The position numbers and the translations under genes were made by a program. A stretch of 60,985 nt of DNA. It comes from Gaiellaceae bacterium (GTDB lineage Bacteria > Actinomycetota > Thermoleophilia > Gaiellales > Gaiellaceae). The first letter of the stretch is position 1. Each line of letters begins with the position of its first letter. The notes under the pieces are model-generated. The model had not been told where the DNA came from, did no database searches, and saw nothing but the letters and a program-made list of their open reading frames with translations. Below, in pieces: positions 1 to 8,759 of the stretch. The stretch is taken from positions 1-60,985 of the forward strand of contig DASUXI010000048.1 in the NCBI GenBank assembly GCA_036377995.1, written 5' to 3'.

Positions 1-1
1 G

Positions 2-598
2 AACGAGCTCGTGCCGGTCGACCTGACCAATCCGCACACGGGCGTCGTCCTCGACGTCGACGAGACGCCGCGCCGCGAGACCTCCGCCGAGGCGCTCGCC
101 GCGCTGAAGCCGGCCTTCCGTCCGGACGGCCGGGTCACCGCAGGCAACTCGTCCCAGATCTGTGACGGCGCCGCCGCCCTGCTTCTCGTGAGCGAGCGGG
201 CGGCCGGGCGGCTCGAGCTCGAGCCCCGGGCGCGTTTCGTGTCTTTCGGGCTGTCGGGCGTCGATCCCTACCGCATGCTCCACGGCAACCCGCAGGCCTG
301 TGCCGCCGCGCTCGCGCGCGCAGGATTGAGCTGGGACGACATCTCGGTGATCGAAGTCAACGAGGCGTTCGCCTCGGTCGTGCTGCAGTTCGCGCGAGAC
401 GCCGGGCTCGAGCATCGCTTCGACGACATCAACCCGAACGGCGGCGGCATCTCGCTGGGCCATCCGCTCGGCGCCACGGGCGCGCGCATGACCGCGACGC
501 TCCTGAACGAGCTGGAGCGGCGCGGAGCGCGCTACGGCATCGCCACGATGTGCATCGGCTTTGGCCAGGCGATCGCCGGCGTCGTCGAGCGCTTGTAG
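2..598 (+). CDS. Thiolase (acetyl-CoA C-acyl/acetyltransferase), C-terminal fragment; N-terminus lies upstream of the window
   Basis: The frame is open from the window edge to TAG 596-598. C-terminal thiolase signatures are present: NEAFASVVL, NPNGGGISLGHPLGATGARM, IATMCIGFGQA. Confidence 0.85.
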   Translation, partial: NELVPVDLTNPHTGVVLDVDETPRRETSAEALAALKPAFRPDGRVTAGNSSQICDGAAALLLVSERAAGRLELEPRARFVSFGLSGVDPYRMLHGNPQACAAALARAGLSWDDISVIEVNEAFASVVLQFARDAGLEHRFDDINPNGGGISLGHPLGATGARMTATLLNELERRGARYGIATMCIGFGQAIAGVVERL

Positions 599-632
599 CG
601 CGGATCCGGCTGCCCGTCACTACGCTGCCCGT

Positions 633-1295
633 GTGGGCGAGAGGGGCAGCCGCGCTGCCACGCGCGATGCGAAGGCGATCGTGGCGCGCGGATACGACGC
701 GATCGCGCTGCGCTATGCGGAGTGGGCGAGCCGCATCGAGTCGCCGGTCCTCGCGTGGTTGCGCGAGTTCGACGCACAGCTGCCGCCGGCTTCGAACGTG
801 CTCGAGCTGGGCTGCGGCCGGGGAGTGCCGGCGACGCGGGAGCTCGCCAAACGACATCGCGTCACGGGCGTCGACATCTCTACCGTCCAGATCGAGCTGG
901 CGAGGCATCACGTGCCGGAAGCGAGCTTCATCCACGACGACGTGCTCGAGCTCGACGTGGCCGCTGCCTCGGTCGACGGCGTCGTCGCGCTGCATCTCTT
1001 CGGCCACGTGCCGATGAGCGAGCAGCGCGGCCTGATCGAGAGGATCGGCTCCTGGCTGCGGCCGGACGGTCTCTTTCTCGGCACCCTCGGCGCCGGGAGC
1101 GAGGGCGAGGACGTCGACGAGGACTGGCTCGGCGCGCCGATGTTCTTTGCGTCGCTCGACGGCGAGGAGTACCAGGCGCTGCTCGAGTCGGCCGGGCTCG
1201 AGCCTCTTCGGGACGAGGTGGTCGTGCAGCACGAGCCGGGCCACGGTGAGGTTGCGTTTCGCTGGATGCTCGCGCGGGCGCGCGAGTCTGCGTAG
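633..1295 (+). CDS. Class I SAM-dependent methyltransferase
   Basis: Motif I VLELGCGRGVP, then HRVTGVDIS, DGVVALHLFGHV and LRPDGLFL. The longest ORF starts at TTG 561 inside the thiolase gene; GTG 633 (VGERG...) avoids that overlap. Confidence 0.75.
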   Translation: MGERGSRAATRDAKAIVARGYDAIALRYAEWASRIESPVLAWLREFDAQLPPASNVLELGCGRGVPATRELAKRHRVTGVDISTVQIELARHHVPEASFIHDDVLELDVAAASVDGVVALHLFGHVPMSEQRGLIERIGSWLRPDGLFLGTLGAGSEGEDVDEDWLGAPMFFASLDGEEYQALLESAGLEPLRDEVVVQHEPGHGEVAFRWMLARARESA

Positions 1296-1306
1296 GATCG
1301 CGCGCC

Positions 1307-2155
1307 GTGGAGATTCAAAAAGTCGGCGTCGTCGGTCTCGGCACGATGGGCGCGGGGATCGCACAGATCAGCGTTCAGTCCGGCTGCTACACGGTCGGAC
1401 GCGAGGTGAGCGGCGAGCTGGCGGAGCGGGGCCGCGGGACGATCGAGCGGTACCTGGCGCGCGCCGTCGAGAAGGGGCGCAGCACCGAGGCGGAGCGCGA
1501 CGCCGCGCTCGGCCGGCTCGAGCTCACTACGGAGCTGGCCGCTCTCGCCGACTGCGATCTCGTGATCGAAGCGGTGCTCGAAGAGCTCGACCTGAAGCGC
1601 GAGGTATTCGCCGAGCTGGACCGCATCACGCGGCCCGACGCGATTCTCGCGACGAACACGTCTGCGTTGTCCGTTGCGGACATTGCGGAGGCGACGCGTC
1701 ATCCGGACCGCGTTGTCGGCATGCACTTCTTCAACCCCGCGCCGGTCCTCCCGCTGGTCGAGATCGTGCGCGCGCCGAACAGCGCCGAGGAAGCGGTCGA
1801 CGCCGCCTATGCGTGGGCCGAGCGAGCAGGCAAGCAGCCGGTCCGCTGCAACGACACGCCTGGTTTCATCGTCAACCGGATTCTCATCCCGCTCCTGAAC
1901 GACTGCGTCCGCGTCCTCGACGAGGCGGACGTGCGGCCCGAGGATATGGACAGGGCGATGACGAACGGCGCCGGCTGGCCGATGGGGCCGTGCGCCCTCG
2001 TCGACTTGATCGGAATCGACGTGCACGTTCACGCGTCGGAGGCGCTCCACGGAAAGCTCGGGGAGGCGCGGATGGCACCGCCCGAGCGCCTCGTGCGGAT
2101 GCAGCAGGAGGGACGGTTAGGACGCAAGTCGGGCCGCGGCTTCTTTGAGTACTAG
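1307..2155 (+). CDS. hbd: 3-hydroxyacyl-/3-hydroxybutyryl-CoA dehydrogenase
   Basis: Rossmann N-terminus VGVVGLGTMGAGIAQ, plus HFFNPAPVLPLVEIV and GFIVNRILIP. Sits next to the thiolase gene. Confidence 0.85.
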   Translation: MEIQKVGVVGLGTMGAGIAQISVQSGCYTVGREVSGELAERGRGTIERYLARAVEKGRSTEAERDAALGRLELTTELAALADCDLVIEAVLEELDLKREVFAELDRITRPDAILATNTSALSVADIAEATRHPDRVVGMHFFNPAPVLPLVEIVRAPNSAEEAVDAAYAWAERAGKQPVRCNDTPGFIVNRILIPLLNDCVRVLDEADVRPEDMDRAMTNGAGWPMGPCALVDLIGIDVHVHASEALHGKLGEARMAPPERLVRMQQEGRLGRKSGRGFFEY

Positions 2156-2162
2156 CCCGTGC

Positions 2163-2195
2163 GGGTCTGTCCCGTGCCAGGCAGGAGACAGGCCC
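2163..2195. terminator. Putative bidirectional stem-loop between convergent genes
   Basis: GGGTCTGTC (2163-2171) pairs with GACAGGCCC (2187-2195): 9 bp with one G.U. It lies between the hbd stop (2155) and the stop of the minus-strand gene (2196). No U-tract follows. Confidence 0.35.
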
Positions 2196-3746
2196 TCAAG
2201 GGACGCTGAGCCGGTCGAGAACGTTGGTCAGCAGGCGGTCGACCTCCGGCCGCCCGAGCGAGGCTGCGAAGTTGAGCGTGCCGGCGGCGAAGACCTTCGC
2301 GCCGGCCGGGGTCTCGTAGTACGTCATCTCGGCCGACCGGCCCGGGCCGAGCAGGTCGGGGATCCGCGCCAGGACCTGGATGCCCTGCGGGGAGGCACTT
2401 GTCCGGGAGTCGATCTCGATGCCGTAGCGGCCGAAGCTCGTCCCGTCGACCAGCCCGGTCCCCGCGAACGCCCAGGGAGCTGACACCGCGCCGGTGACGG
2501 TGTAGCCCGCCTGCCGCTGTCCGTGATCCGATCCGACGTACTGGATGCCGACGATGCCGGCCTCCGGCCGGCCCAGCTTGCGCCACAGGCCGCGCAGGAC
2601 GAGCCGCTCGCCGACACGGTCGACGCGGCGATAGAGATTGTTGGCCGCCAGAAAGGCGAGGTTTCCACCGAGGTTGCGGTATCGCTCGATGACGTCGTAA
2701 GCGTGTCCGGTCACGTACTCCTCGTGACCCGGAAAGACCACGAGGTCGTAATGCTTCGCAAGCTCGTCCCCGCTCGCGATCGCTTCGAGATCGTCGTCGG
2801 AGAGGAAGTCGACGGCGCGCCCGGTCCGATTCAGCCACGCGATGAAGTCGAGATCCCAGTCGTGAAATCTGAACGGCACGCCGAAGTCGAGAAAGGGACG
2901 CTCGAGGTCGACGCTGTGCACGCCCGCGTTCACATACCAGGAGTCGCCCCAGCCGTCGCCGTCGGCGTCGGCGAAGTTGTACGCCGCCCAGGTGTTGGTG
3001 GCCAGCACGACGGCGACGCGGTGCACGCCGAGCCTTCGCGGACGAACGATGAAGGGTGCATACCCGACCCGGCCGTCGGTGGCCGTCGCACGCAGGAAGT
3101 AGAGGCCGCTGGGCCAGTCGCCGGCGCGGACGACGCGCAGGAGCCCGGGCGCGTCGCGATGCGCGCTCCAGTCGACCCGGATGGGGTCCGTCTTGGCGAC
3201 GCCGCTCGTCTTCACGTCCTGTTCGCTCGGCCGCCCCGGCGACTGGTAGGCGAACACCTGTAGCCGCAGCGACCGCGCATCCGTTGCGAGCCTCAGGACC
3301 GCCGACTCGCCCGGCGCGTAGCTCCGCCTGGTGAACGAGGCGTCGACTCCCTGCACCCGGACGACCGGGGTCGTCCCGCCGACCAGCCGCGTTCCGATGC
3401 TCAGCCTGAGGATGTACGTGCGCGGCTGCGTCGAACGTGCCGGTCGCCAGACGAACCGGCACGGCCCGGCCGCGAAGCGTTTCGACGCCTGCCAGACGAC
3501 GGTTGCACCGCTCTCGCCCGCGCGCACGGAGTTCGTCGCGACGGCCTCGATCGACACAGTCGCGGTTCGCGCCAGCCGGAACTCGACCACGGCCTCGTCG
3601 CGAAACCCGTCCCCGTTCGGGCTCACCGTGGCGAGCAGCCGGCGGTCCCCCGCGAAGGGGACGCCGCCGTTCGTCACGTGCAGGTCGAGGAGTCGAGGCG
3701 CGTGGCCGGAGAGCGCGATTGCGGCGAGGAGCAGCGCGGCCGTCAT
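2196..3746 (-). CDS. Secreted protein: signal peptide, FlgD-Ig-like module (SPNGDGFRDEA), and a C-terminal domain resembling N,N-dimethylformamidase beta-subunit-like/DUF6605
   Basis: 516-aa ORF with a hydrophobic N-terminus MTAALLLAAIALSG. Motifs VLATNTWAAYN, DLVVFPGHEEY and GGNLAFLAANN are recalled from the DUF6605 family. High GC3. Confidence 0.6.
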   Translation of the reverse strand: MTAALLLAAIALSGHAPRLLDLHVTNGGVPFAGDRRLLATVSPNGDGFRDEAVVEFRLARTATVSIEAVATNSVRAGESGATVVWQASKRFAAGPCRFVWRPARSTQPRTYILRLSIGTRLVGGTTPVVRVQGVDASFTRRSYAPGESAVLRLATDARSLRLQVFAYQSPGRPSEQDVKTSGVAKTDPIRVDWSAHRDAPGLLRVVRAGDWPSGLYFLRATATDGRVGYAPFIVRPRRLGVHRVAVVLATNTWAAYNFADADGDGWGDSWYVNAGVHSVDLERPFLDFGVPFRFHDWDLDFIAWLNRTGRAVDFLSDDDLEAIASGDELAKHYDLVVFPGHEEYVTGHAYDVIERYRNLGGNLAFLAANNLYRRVDRVGERLVLRGLWRKLGRPEAGIVGIQYVGSDHGQRQAGYTVTGAVSAPWAFAGTGLVDGTSFGRYGIEIDSRTSASPQGIQVLARIPDLLGPGRSAEMTYYETPAGAKVFAAGTLNFAASLGRPEVDRLLTNVLDRLSVP

Positions 3747-3821
3747 GCCGGCGTTCGCTCGCTTACAGTTTCCTTACGTTCCACTGACCACCGGCACAAT
3801 TGGAAGCCCGATACTGACCTC

Positions 3822-4298
3822 ATGAGGCGGCTCCTCCCTGTTGCGCTGCTCGCGATCCTTGCTTTTCCCGCCGGATCGGCGGCGAGCGAGCGTGCCGCTA
3901 CCGACGGGACGCTATCTGTGAAGGACGGCCGGGGCACGGTCGTCGTCGCGGCTCGTGGAGGCGTGATCGGCAGCTTCGCGCAGGGGAAGATCACCGTCGT
4001 CGATCCGGTCGCCGGAGACGGGACCGGTCCGATCGTCACGGGTGACGACTGGTCGCGCGACGTGAGCGACACGACCACGACGTGGGGTGGCAAGACGGTT
4101 CGCTTCAGGCTCATCGGCGGCTTCTTCAAGATCAAGATCCAGGGGCGCGGAATCAACCTCTCGGCCGTCGGGACGGGCACGGTCACCCTGGACGGCGCCG
4201 GAACGGACAACGATGGGACGTTTTCCGTCAACGGGGGTGACTACGTGTCGATCCCCGGTTTTCTCCTGCCGTTCCCCCTCTCGGCGCCGACCCCGTAG
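3822..4298 (+). CDS. Small secreted beta-rich protein of unknown function; first gene of the two-component operon
   Basis: ATG 3822 gives the signal-like N-terminus MRRLLPVALLAILAFPAGSAAS. Gly/Thr/Val-rich. Its stop is 5 nt before the response-regulator ATG. The upstream part of the 206-aa ORF is Arg-rich and non-coding-like. Confidence 0.6.
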   Translation: MRRLLPVALLAILAFPAGSAASERAATDGTLSVKDGRGTVVVAARGGVIGSFAQGKITVVDPVAGDGTGPIVTGDDWSRDVSDTTTTWGGKTVRFRLIGGFFKIKIQGRGINLSAVGTGTVTLDGAGTDNDGTFSVNGGDYVSIPGFLLPFPLSAPTP

Positions 4299-4303
4299 CG
4301 GCC

Positions 4304-5008
4304 ATGAGCAGCAGTACCCAGTCAGTGCTCGTCGTCGAGGACGAAGCATCGATCGCATCGTTCGTCTCCCTCTACCTGAAGAACGCTGGCTACGACGTCC
4401 GGACGGCGTCGAACGGCGCGGAGGCGCTCTCGTCGGTGCAGGCCTCGCCGCCTTCGCTGATCGTCCTCGACCTGATGCTGCCGGACATCGACGGGATCGA
4501 AATCTGCCGACGAATTCGCCAGAAGTCGGAGGTGCCGATCCTGATGCTGACCGCCCGCGACGAGGACGTCGACAAGATCATCGGGCTCGAGGTGGGAGCC
4601 GACGACTACATGACGAAGCCGTTCAACCCGCGCGAGCTCGTCGCTCGCGTCAAGTCGATCCTCAGGCGCGCGACGCCGGAGCGCCGTGAGCCCGAGAGCG
4701 CCGTTCTCCGCCACGGCGACCTGACCATCGACTCGGGGCGCAGAGAGGTGAAGGTCGGCGACCAGGAAGTGCAGCTGGCGCCGAAAGAATTCGATCTCCT
4801 CTGGGAGCTGCTCGACCATCGCGGTCTCGTGCTCACGCGTGACCAGCTGCTCGAGCGCGTCTGGGGCTACACCTTCGCCGGTGACACGCGCACGGTGGAC
4901 GTCCACGTGCGACAGCTGCGCCGAAAGCTCGGCGAGGCATCCCCGGTCGTGACCGTCTGGGGCGTCGGCTACAAGGTCGGCCCCGCGAAGGACACGGTCA
5001 GGGCGTAG
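4304..5008 (+). CDS. OmpR/PhoB-family response regulator (receiver + winged helix)
   Basis: VLVVEDE, acceptor context LIVLDLMLPDIDG, LMLTAR, ADDYMTKPF, and C-terminal VWGVGYK. Confidence 0.9.
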   Translation: MSSSTQSVLVVEDEASIASFVSLYLKNAGYDVRTASNGAEALSSVQASPPSLIVLDLMLPDIDGIEICRRIRQKSEVPILMLTARDEDVDKIIGLEVGADDYMTKPFNPRELVARVKSILRRATPERREPESAVLRHGDLTIDSGRREVKVGDQEVQLAPKEFDLLWELLDHRGLVLTRDQLLERVWGYTFAGDTRTVDVHVRQLRRKLGEASPVVTVWGVGYKVGPAKDTVRA

Positions 5009-5027
5009 CGCTAGCGTGTAGCGGGCA

Positions 5028-6416
5028 ATGCTCAACTCGCTGCGCTTCCGGCTGCCGGCGCTCTTTCTCGTCGGCATCGTCGTGAGCGGGCTGATCGCGA
5101 CGGCGATCGCCCTGGCGCTGTTCCAGAACTATGCGCGCCAGCAGCTGGTGATCAAGCTGCGCCGCGAGGCGAACGGCTTGACGAAGCTCTACGAGCGGCA
5201 AGCGATCGCGGCGAACGACACCGGTGCGCGGACGCTTCGGTTTGCCCCGCGCCAGCTCGAACGGGCCACGGGGGACAAGATCTTCTACGTCGGCGCCGAC
5301 GTGTTCCCGGACCAGGTGTCCGGTCTGCGTCTGCTGCCGCAGAACCAGATCGACTGGCGATCCGGTGTTCCCGCGACCTTCGAGTTCCGGCCGCCCGGGT
5401 TCAAGCGCGTCTATCTGGCCGTGCTCGAGCCGATGCGCCTCGCGCCCAAGAGCTCGCCCTTCGGCGCGTTGATCGTAGCGACGCCGAAGACCAGCATCAC
5501 GAGCGGACTCGCGCCGCTCGTCGAACGGCTCGCCCTCGCCCTCGTCGGCGGCATCTTCGTGGCCGGGCTGCTCGCCTTGTACTTCTCGCGCCGCGTCACG
5601 CGCCCGGTGCTGGCCCTGTCGGACGCGGCCGACGAGATTTCCCGCGGGCACTACGACATCGCCGTGCCGGCGGTTCCGGGCCGGGGCGAGATCGGGCACT
5701 TGGCCGACCGCTTCCGGGAGATGGCGGCCCGGCTCGGCGAGGCCGAGCAGCAGGAGCGGAACTTCCTCATGAGCGTCTCTCACGAGCTTCGCACCCCGCT
5801 GACTGCGATCCGCGGCCATGTGGAGGCGTTGCGAGAAGGCGTGGCCGACGATCCTGCGGCCCGGGCCGCTTCGCTCGACATGATCGCGGCGGAGAGCGCT
5901 CGACTCGAGCGTCTCGTCGGCGACGTGCTCGACCTCGCGAAGCTCGAAGCGCGTCGCTTCACGGTCATGCAGGAGGAAGTCGACATGGCCCGGCTCTGCG
6001 AGCAGGCCTACTCCCTCTTCGGCGAGGAAGCGCGCCGGAGAGCGATCGAATACGACAAGACCTTCGCCGCGACCCCGACGATCGTCACCGACGGCGATCG
6101 TGTCCTCCAGATCATCTCGAACCTGCTCTCGAACGCGTTCCGCTGGACGCCGAACGGAGGGCGCGTCGAGCTCGAGCTGAGCATGCCGAACGGGACGGTG
6201 TCGGTCGCGGTGGGGGACAACGGCGCCGGCATCGCGCCCGATGAGCGCGAACGCATCTTTCGCCCGTTCTGGTCGCGGGACGACTCCGGAACCGGTCTCG
6301 GGCTTGCGATCGCGCACGAGCTCGCGGTCGCGCTCGGCGGTCGCATCGATCTCGACTCGGAGCCGGGTCGCGGCAGCCGCTTCGAGCTGCTGCTGCCGGG
6401 ACCGGCGAGTAATTAG
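5028..6416 (+). CDS. Sensor histidine kinase (2 TM, HAMP, HisKA, HATPase_c)
   Basis: H-box SHELRTPLTAI, N-box LLSNAFRWTP, G-boxes DNGAGI and GTGLGLAIAHELA. N-terminal TM helix, with a second TM before the HAMP domain. Confidence 0.9.
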   Translation: MLNSLRFRLPALFLVGIVVSGLIATAIALALFQNYARQQLVIKLRREANGLTKLYERQAIAANDTGARTLRFAPRQLERATGDKIFYVGADVFPDQVSGLRLLPQNQIDWRSGVPATFEFRPPGFKRVYLAVLEPMRLAPKSSPFGALIVATPKTSITSGLAPLVERLALALVGGIFVAGLLALYFSRRVTRPVLALSDAADEISRGHYDIAVPAVPGRGEIGHLADRFREMAARLGEAEQQERNFLMSVSHELRTPLTAIRGHVEALREGVADDPAARAASLDMIAAESARLERLVGDVLDLAKLEARRFTVMQEEVDMARLCEQAYSLFGEEARRRAIEYDKTFAATPTIVTDGDRVLQIISNLLSNAFRWTPNGGRVELELSMPNGTVSVAVGDNGAGIAPDERERIFRPFWSRDDSGTGLGLAIAHELAVALGGRIDLDSEPGRGSRFELLLPGPASN

Positions 6417-6428
6417 CGTGGAACCCAC

Positions 6429-7337
6429 GTGAGTCGTCCCGAGCCAGCGGCGGTCGTCGGCCTCCCGAAGCGGAGATCTCCGCTCCTTGCGGCCTTCGTC
6501 TCGTTGAGGCCGAAGCAGTGGACGAAGAACCTCCTGCTCTTCGCCGGCATCCTCTTCGCGGCGAAGCTGGGCGACCCGTCCCGCTGGGGTGAGGCCCTGG
6601 CGATCTTCGCCGCCTACTGCGCCGCTTCGAGCGCGAGCTATCTCGTCAACGACGTGCGCGACGTCGTCCACGATCGCGAGCATCCGGTCAAGCGGGCGCG
6701 TCCGATCGCGCGGGGCGAGCTCTCACCGAGGGCCGCCGTCGTGCTCGCCGCGGCCCTCGCACTCGCCTCGTTCGCCCTCGCTGCGCCTCTCGGGCTCGCC
6801 TCGGTCGCCTTCCTGGCCGTGTTCTTCGCCCTCCAGGCCGGCTACACCCTGGCGCTCAAGCACGTCGTTCTGCTCGACGTGATGACCATCGGGGGGCTCT
6901 TCGTCGTCCGCGCAGCCGCGGGCGCGTCCGCGGTGAACGTGCGGATCTCACCCTGGTTGCTCCTCTGCACGGCCCTGCTCGCGCTCTTCCTCGCGCTGGC
7001 GAAGCGCCGCGGTGAGCTCGTGCTCGTCGGCGCGGAGGCGACGCCGGGGCGGCCGGTGCTCGAGGGCTACTCGCTGGAGCTGGTGGACCAGCTCGTCACG
7101 ATCGTGGCGGCCGCGACCGTGATCTCGTACTCCCTCTACACCTTCACGGCGCGCGACTCGAAAGCCATGATGGTGACGATTCCGTTCGTCGTCTTCGGCG
7201 TGTTCCGCTACCTCCTCCTGATGCACCGCCGCGACCTCGGCGAAGAGCCGGAAGAGGTGCTGCTGCGCGACGTGCCGATCCTCGTCTGCATCGCCGGCTG
7301 GGCGACCTGTGCGGGGATCATCCTCGCAACGACGTGA
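6429..7337 (+). CDS. UbiA-family prenyl-phosphate phosphoribosyltransferase (decaprenyl-phosphate phosphoribosyltransferase-like)
   Basis: KQWTKNLLLFAGILFA and YLVNDVRDVVHDREHPVKRARPIARGEL match the DPPR-synthase type of UbiA proteins. Multiple TM helices. Confidence 0.7.
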   Translation: MSRPEPAAVVGLPKRRSPLLAAFVSLRPKQWTKNLLLFAGILFAAKLGDPSRWGEALAIFAAYCAASSASYLVNDVRDVVHDREHPVKRARPIARGELSPRAAVVLAAALALASFALAAPLGLASVAFLAVFFALQAGYTLALKHVVLLDVMTIGGLFVVRAAAGASAVNVRISPWLLLCTALLALFLALAKRRGELVLVGAEATPGRPVLEGYSLELVDQLVTIVAAATVISYSLYTFTARDSKAMMVTIPFVVFGVFRYLLLMHRRDLGEEPEEVLLRDVPILVCIAGWATCAGIILATT

Positions 7338-7343
7338 GAACGG

Positions 7344-7799
7344 CTACGAGCTGGCTGCGTCGGGCCGGTGCTCGTCGATGCGATAGACGTTTGCCCCCGG
7401 CTTCTTGCGCAGGCCCTGGTCGATCCTGGCGACCGCCGCCTCCAGCCGCTCGAGCCGAGCGTCGACGCTCTCCCAGCCCGACGAGACGAGGTCGACGAGG
7501 AGCGCAAGGTCGTCCACGCGGGCGTGCCGCTCGGCGAGCAGGTCCGACTCGGCCCGCTCGAGGCGCCGGATGACCTGGTTCATCAGGCCTCGGATCTCGG
7601 CCAGGTTCCGCCCCACGGGCTGCGCCTGGTCGCGCACGGCGTCTCCGACCCGGGCCGGCAGCGTCTGCTCGAGCCCGGAGGTGGCGGTCACCAGCGCGTC
7701 GACCTGCTCGCGGATCCGTAGCGCCAAGCTCTCGAGCGCGGCACCGTCGGCCCGTTGCTCGACCCGCTCTCTTGCGCGCTCGACGATCGACTCGTCCAT
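7344..7799 (-). CDS. Coiled-coil / helical protein of unknown function
   Basis: ATG 7799 (MDESIVERARERVEQ...), 151 aa, heptad-like Leu/Arg/Glu-rich, high GC3. The longer 362-aa ORF extension is antisense to queA and looks spurious. Confidence 0.5.
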   Translation of the reverse strand: MDESIVERARERVEQRADGAALESLALRIREQVDALVTATSGLEQTLPARVGDAVRDQAQPVGRNLAEIRGLMNQVIRRLERAESDLLAERHARVDDLALLVDLVSSGWESVDARLERLEAAVARIDQGLRKKPGANVYRIDEHRPDAASS

Positions 7800-7826
7800 G
7801 CCCGGCAACGCTACAGAGGGCGTCGG

Positions 7827-8759
7827 ATGAAAACGCGGGAGCTCGAGTACGACCTCCCGCCGGAGCTCGTGGCGCAGCATCCCGTGGCGCGCCGCGACGA
7901 GTCGCGCCTGCTGGTCTACGATCGCGTGTCCGAGCGGGTGGATGAGCGGACGTTCGCAGAGCTGCCGGACGTGCTCGGGGAGGCGCTCACGGTGGTCAAC
8001 GACACCCGCGTCGTGCCGGCACGAATCCCGATCGAGCGGCCGAGGGGGGAGGTCCTGCTGCTCGAGCGGCTGCCGGAAGACGGGCTCTGGGAAGGCCTGG
8101 CGAGGCCGACGCGGCGGCTGCGGCCGGGCACGACCTATGGCCCGGTCGAGCTGCTCGAGCATCTCGGCGATGGTCGGTGGCGGTTGCGGCTCCACGGGGA
8201 GCCAGCGGGAGAGACTCCGCTGCCTCCGTACATCACCGAGGCGCTCGCGGATCCCGAGCGGTATCAGACCGTGTACGCGGACGAGGCCGGGTCGGCTGCC
8301 GCTCCGACGGCCGGGCTGCACTTCACTCCCAAGGTTCTGGCGGGGCTCGATGTCGAGCGCGTCACGCTGCACGTGGGGCTGGACACCTTCAGGCCGGTCC
8401 TCGTGGAGGATCTCGAGCGGCACGCGCTGCACGGCGAGCGGTACACGGTCTCGGCCGCCGCGTCGGAGCGGATCCGCCGGGCGGCGCGTGTGCTCGCCGT
8501 GGGCACGACCAGCGTGCGCGTGGTCGAGACGCTCGCTCGCGGGGCGCCGCTATCGGGCCGAACCGACCTCTTCATCACGCCGGGGTTCGAGTTTCTCCGC
8601 ACCGACGCGCTGCTGACGAACTTCCACCTTCCGCGCTCGACGCTGCTCGCTCTGGTGATGGCGTTTGCCGGGGTCGACGAGGTTCGCAGCCTCTACCGGC
8701 TCGCGATCGAGGAGCGCTACCGCTTCTATTCGTTCGGCGACGCCATGTTGATCCTGTGA
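7827..8759 (+). CDS. queA: S-adenosylmethionine:tRNA ribosyltransferase-isomerase
   Basis: MKTRELEYDLPPELVAQHP N-terminus, plus TAGLHFT, VGTTSVR and LLTNFHLPRSTLL. Confidence 0.9.
   Translation: MKTRELEYDLPPELVAQHPVARRDESRLLVYDRVSERVDERTFAELPDVLGEALTVVNDTRVVPARIPIERPRGEVLLLERLPEDGLWEGLARPTRRLRPGTTYGPVELLEHLGDGRWRLRLHGEPAGETPLPPYITEALADPERYQTVYADEAGSAAAPTAGLHFTPKVLAGLDVERVTLHVGLDTFRPVLVEDLERHALHGERYTVSAAASERIRRAARVLAVGTTSVRVVETLARGAPLSGRTDLFITPGFEFLRTDALLTNFHLPRSTLLALVMAFAGVDEVRSLYRLAIEERYRFYSFGDAMLIL

Noticed and set aside
561-632. TTG 561 as the start of the first methyltransferase (longest ORF).
   Set aside because: It overlaps the thiolase 3' end by 38 nt and adds an Ala/Ser/Arg-rich segment. 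GTG 633 gives a compact N-terminus with no overlap. This remains unproven.
7800-8432. N-terminal 211 residues of the 362-aa minus-strand ORF.
   Set aside because: This part is antisense to the well-supported queA gene and is Pro/Arg-rich. Only the last 151 codons (from ATG 7799) lie outside queA and look protein-like.
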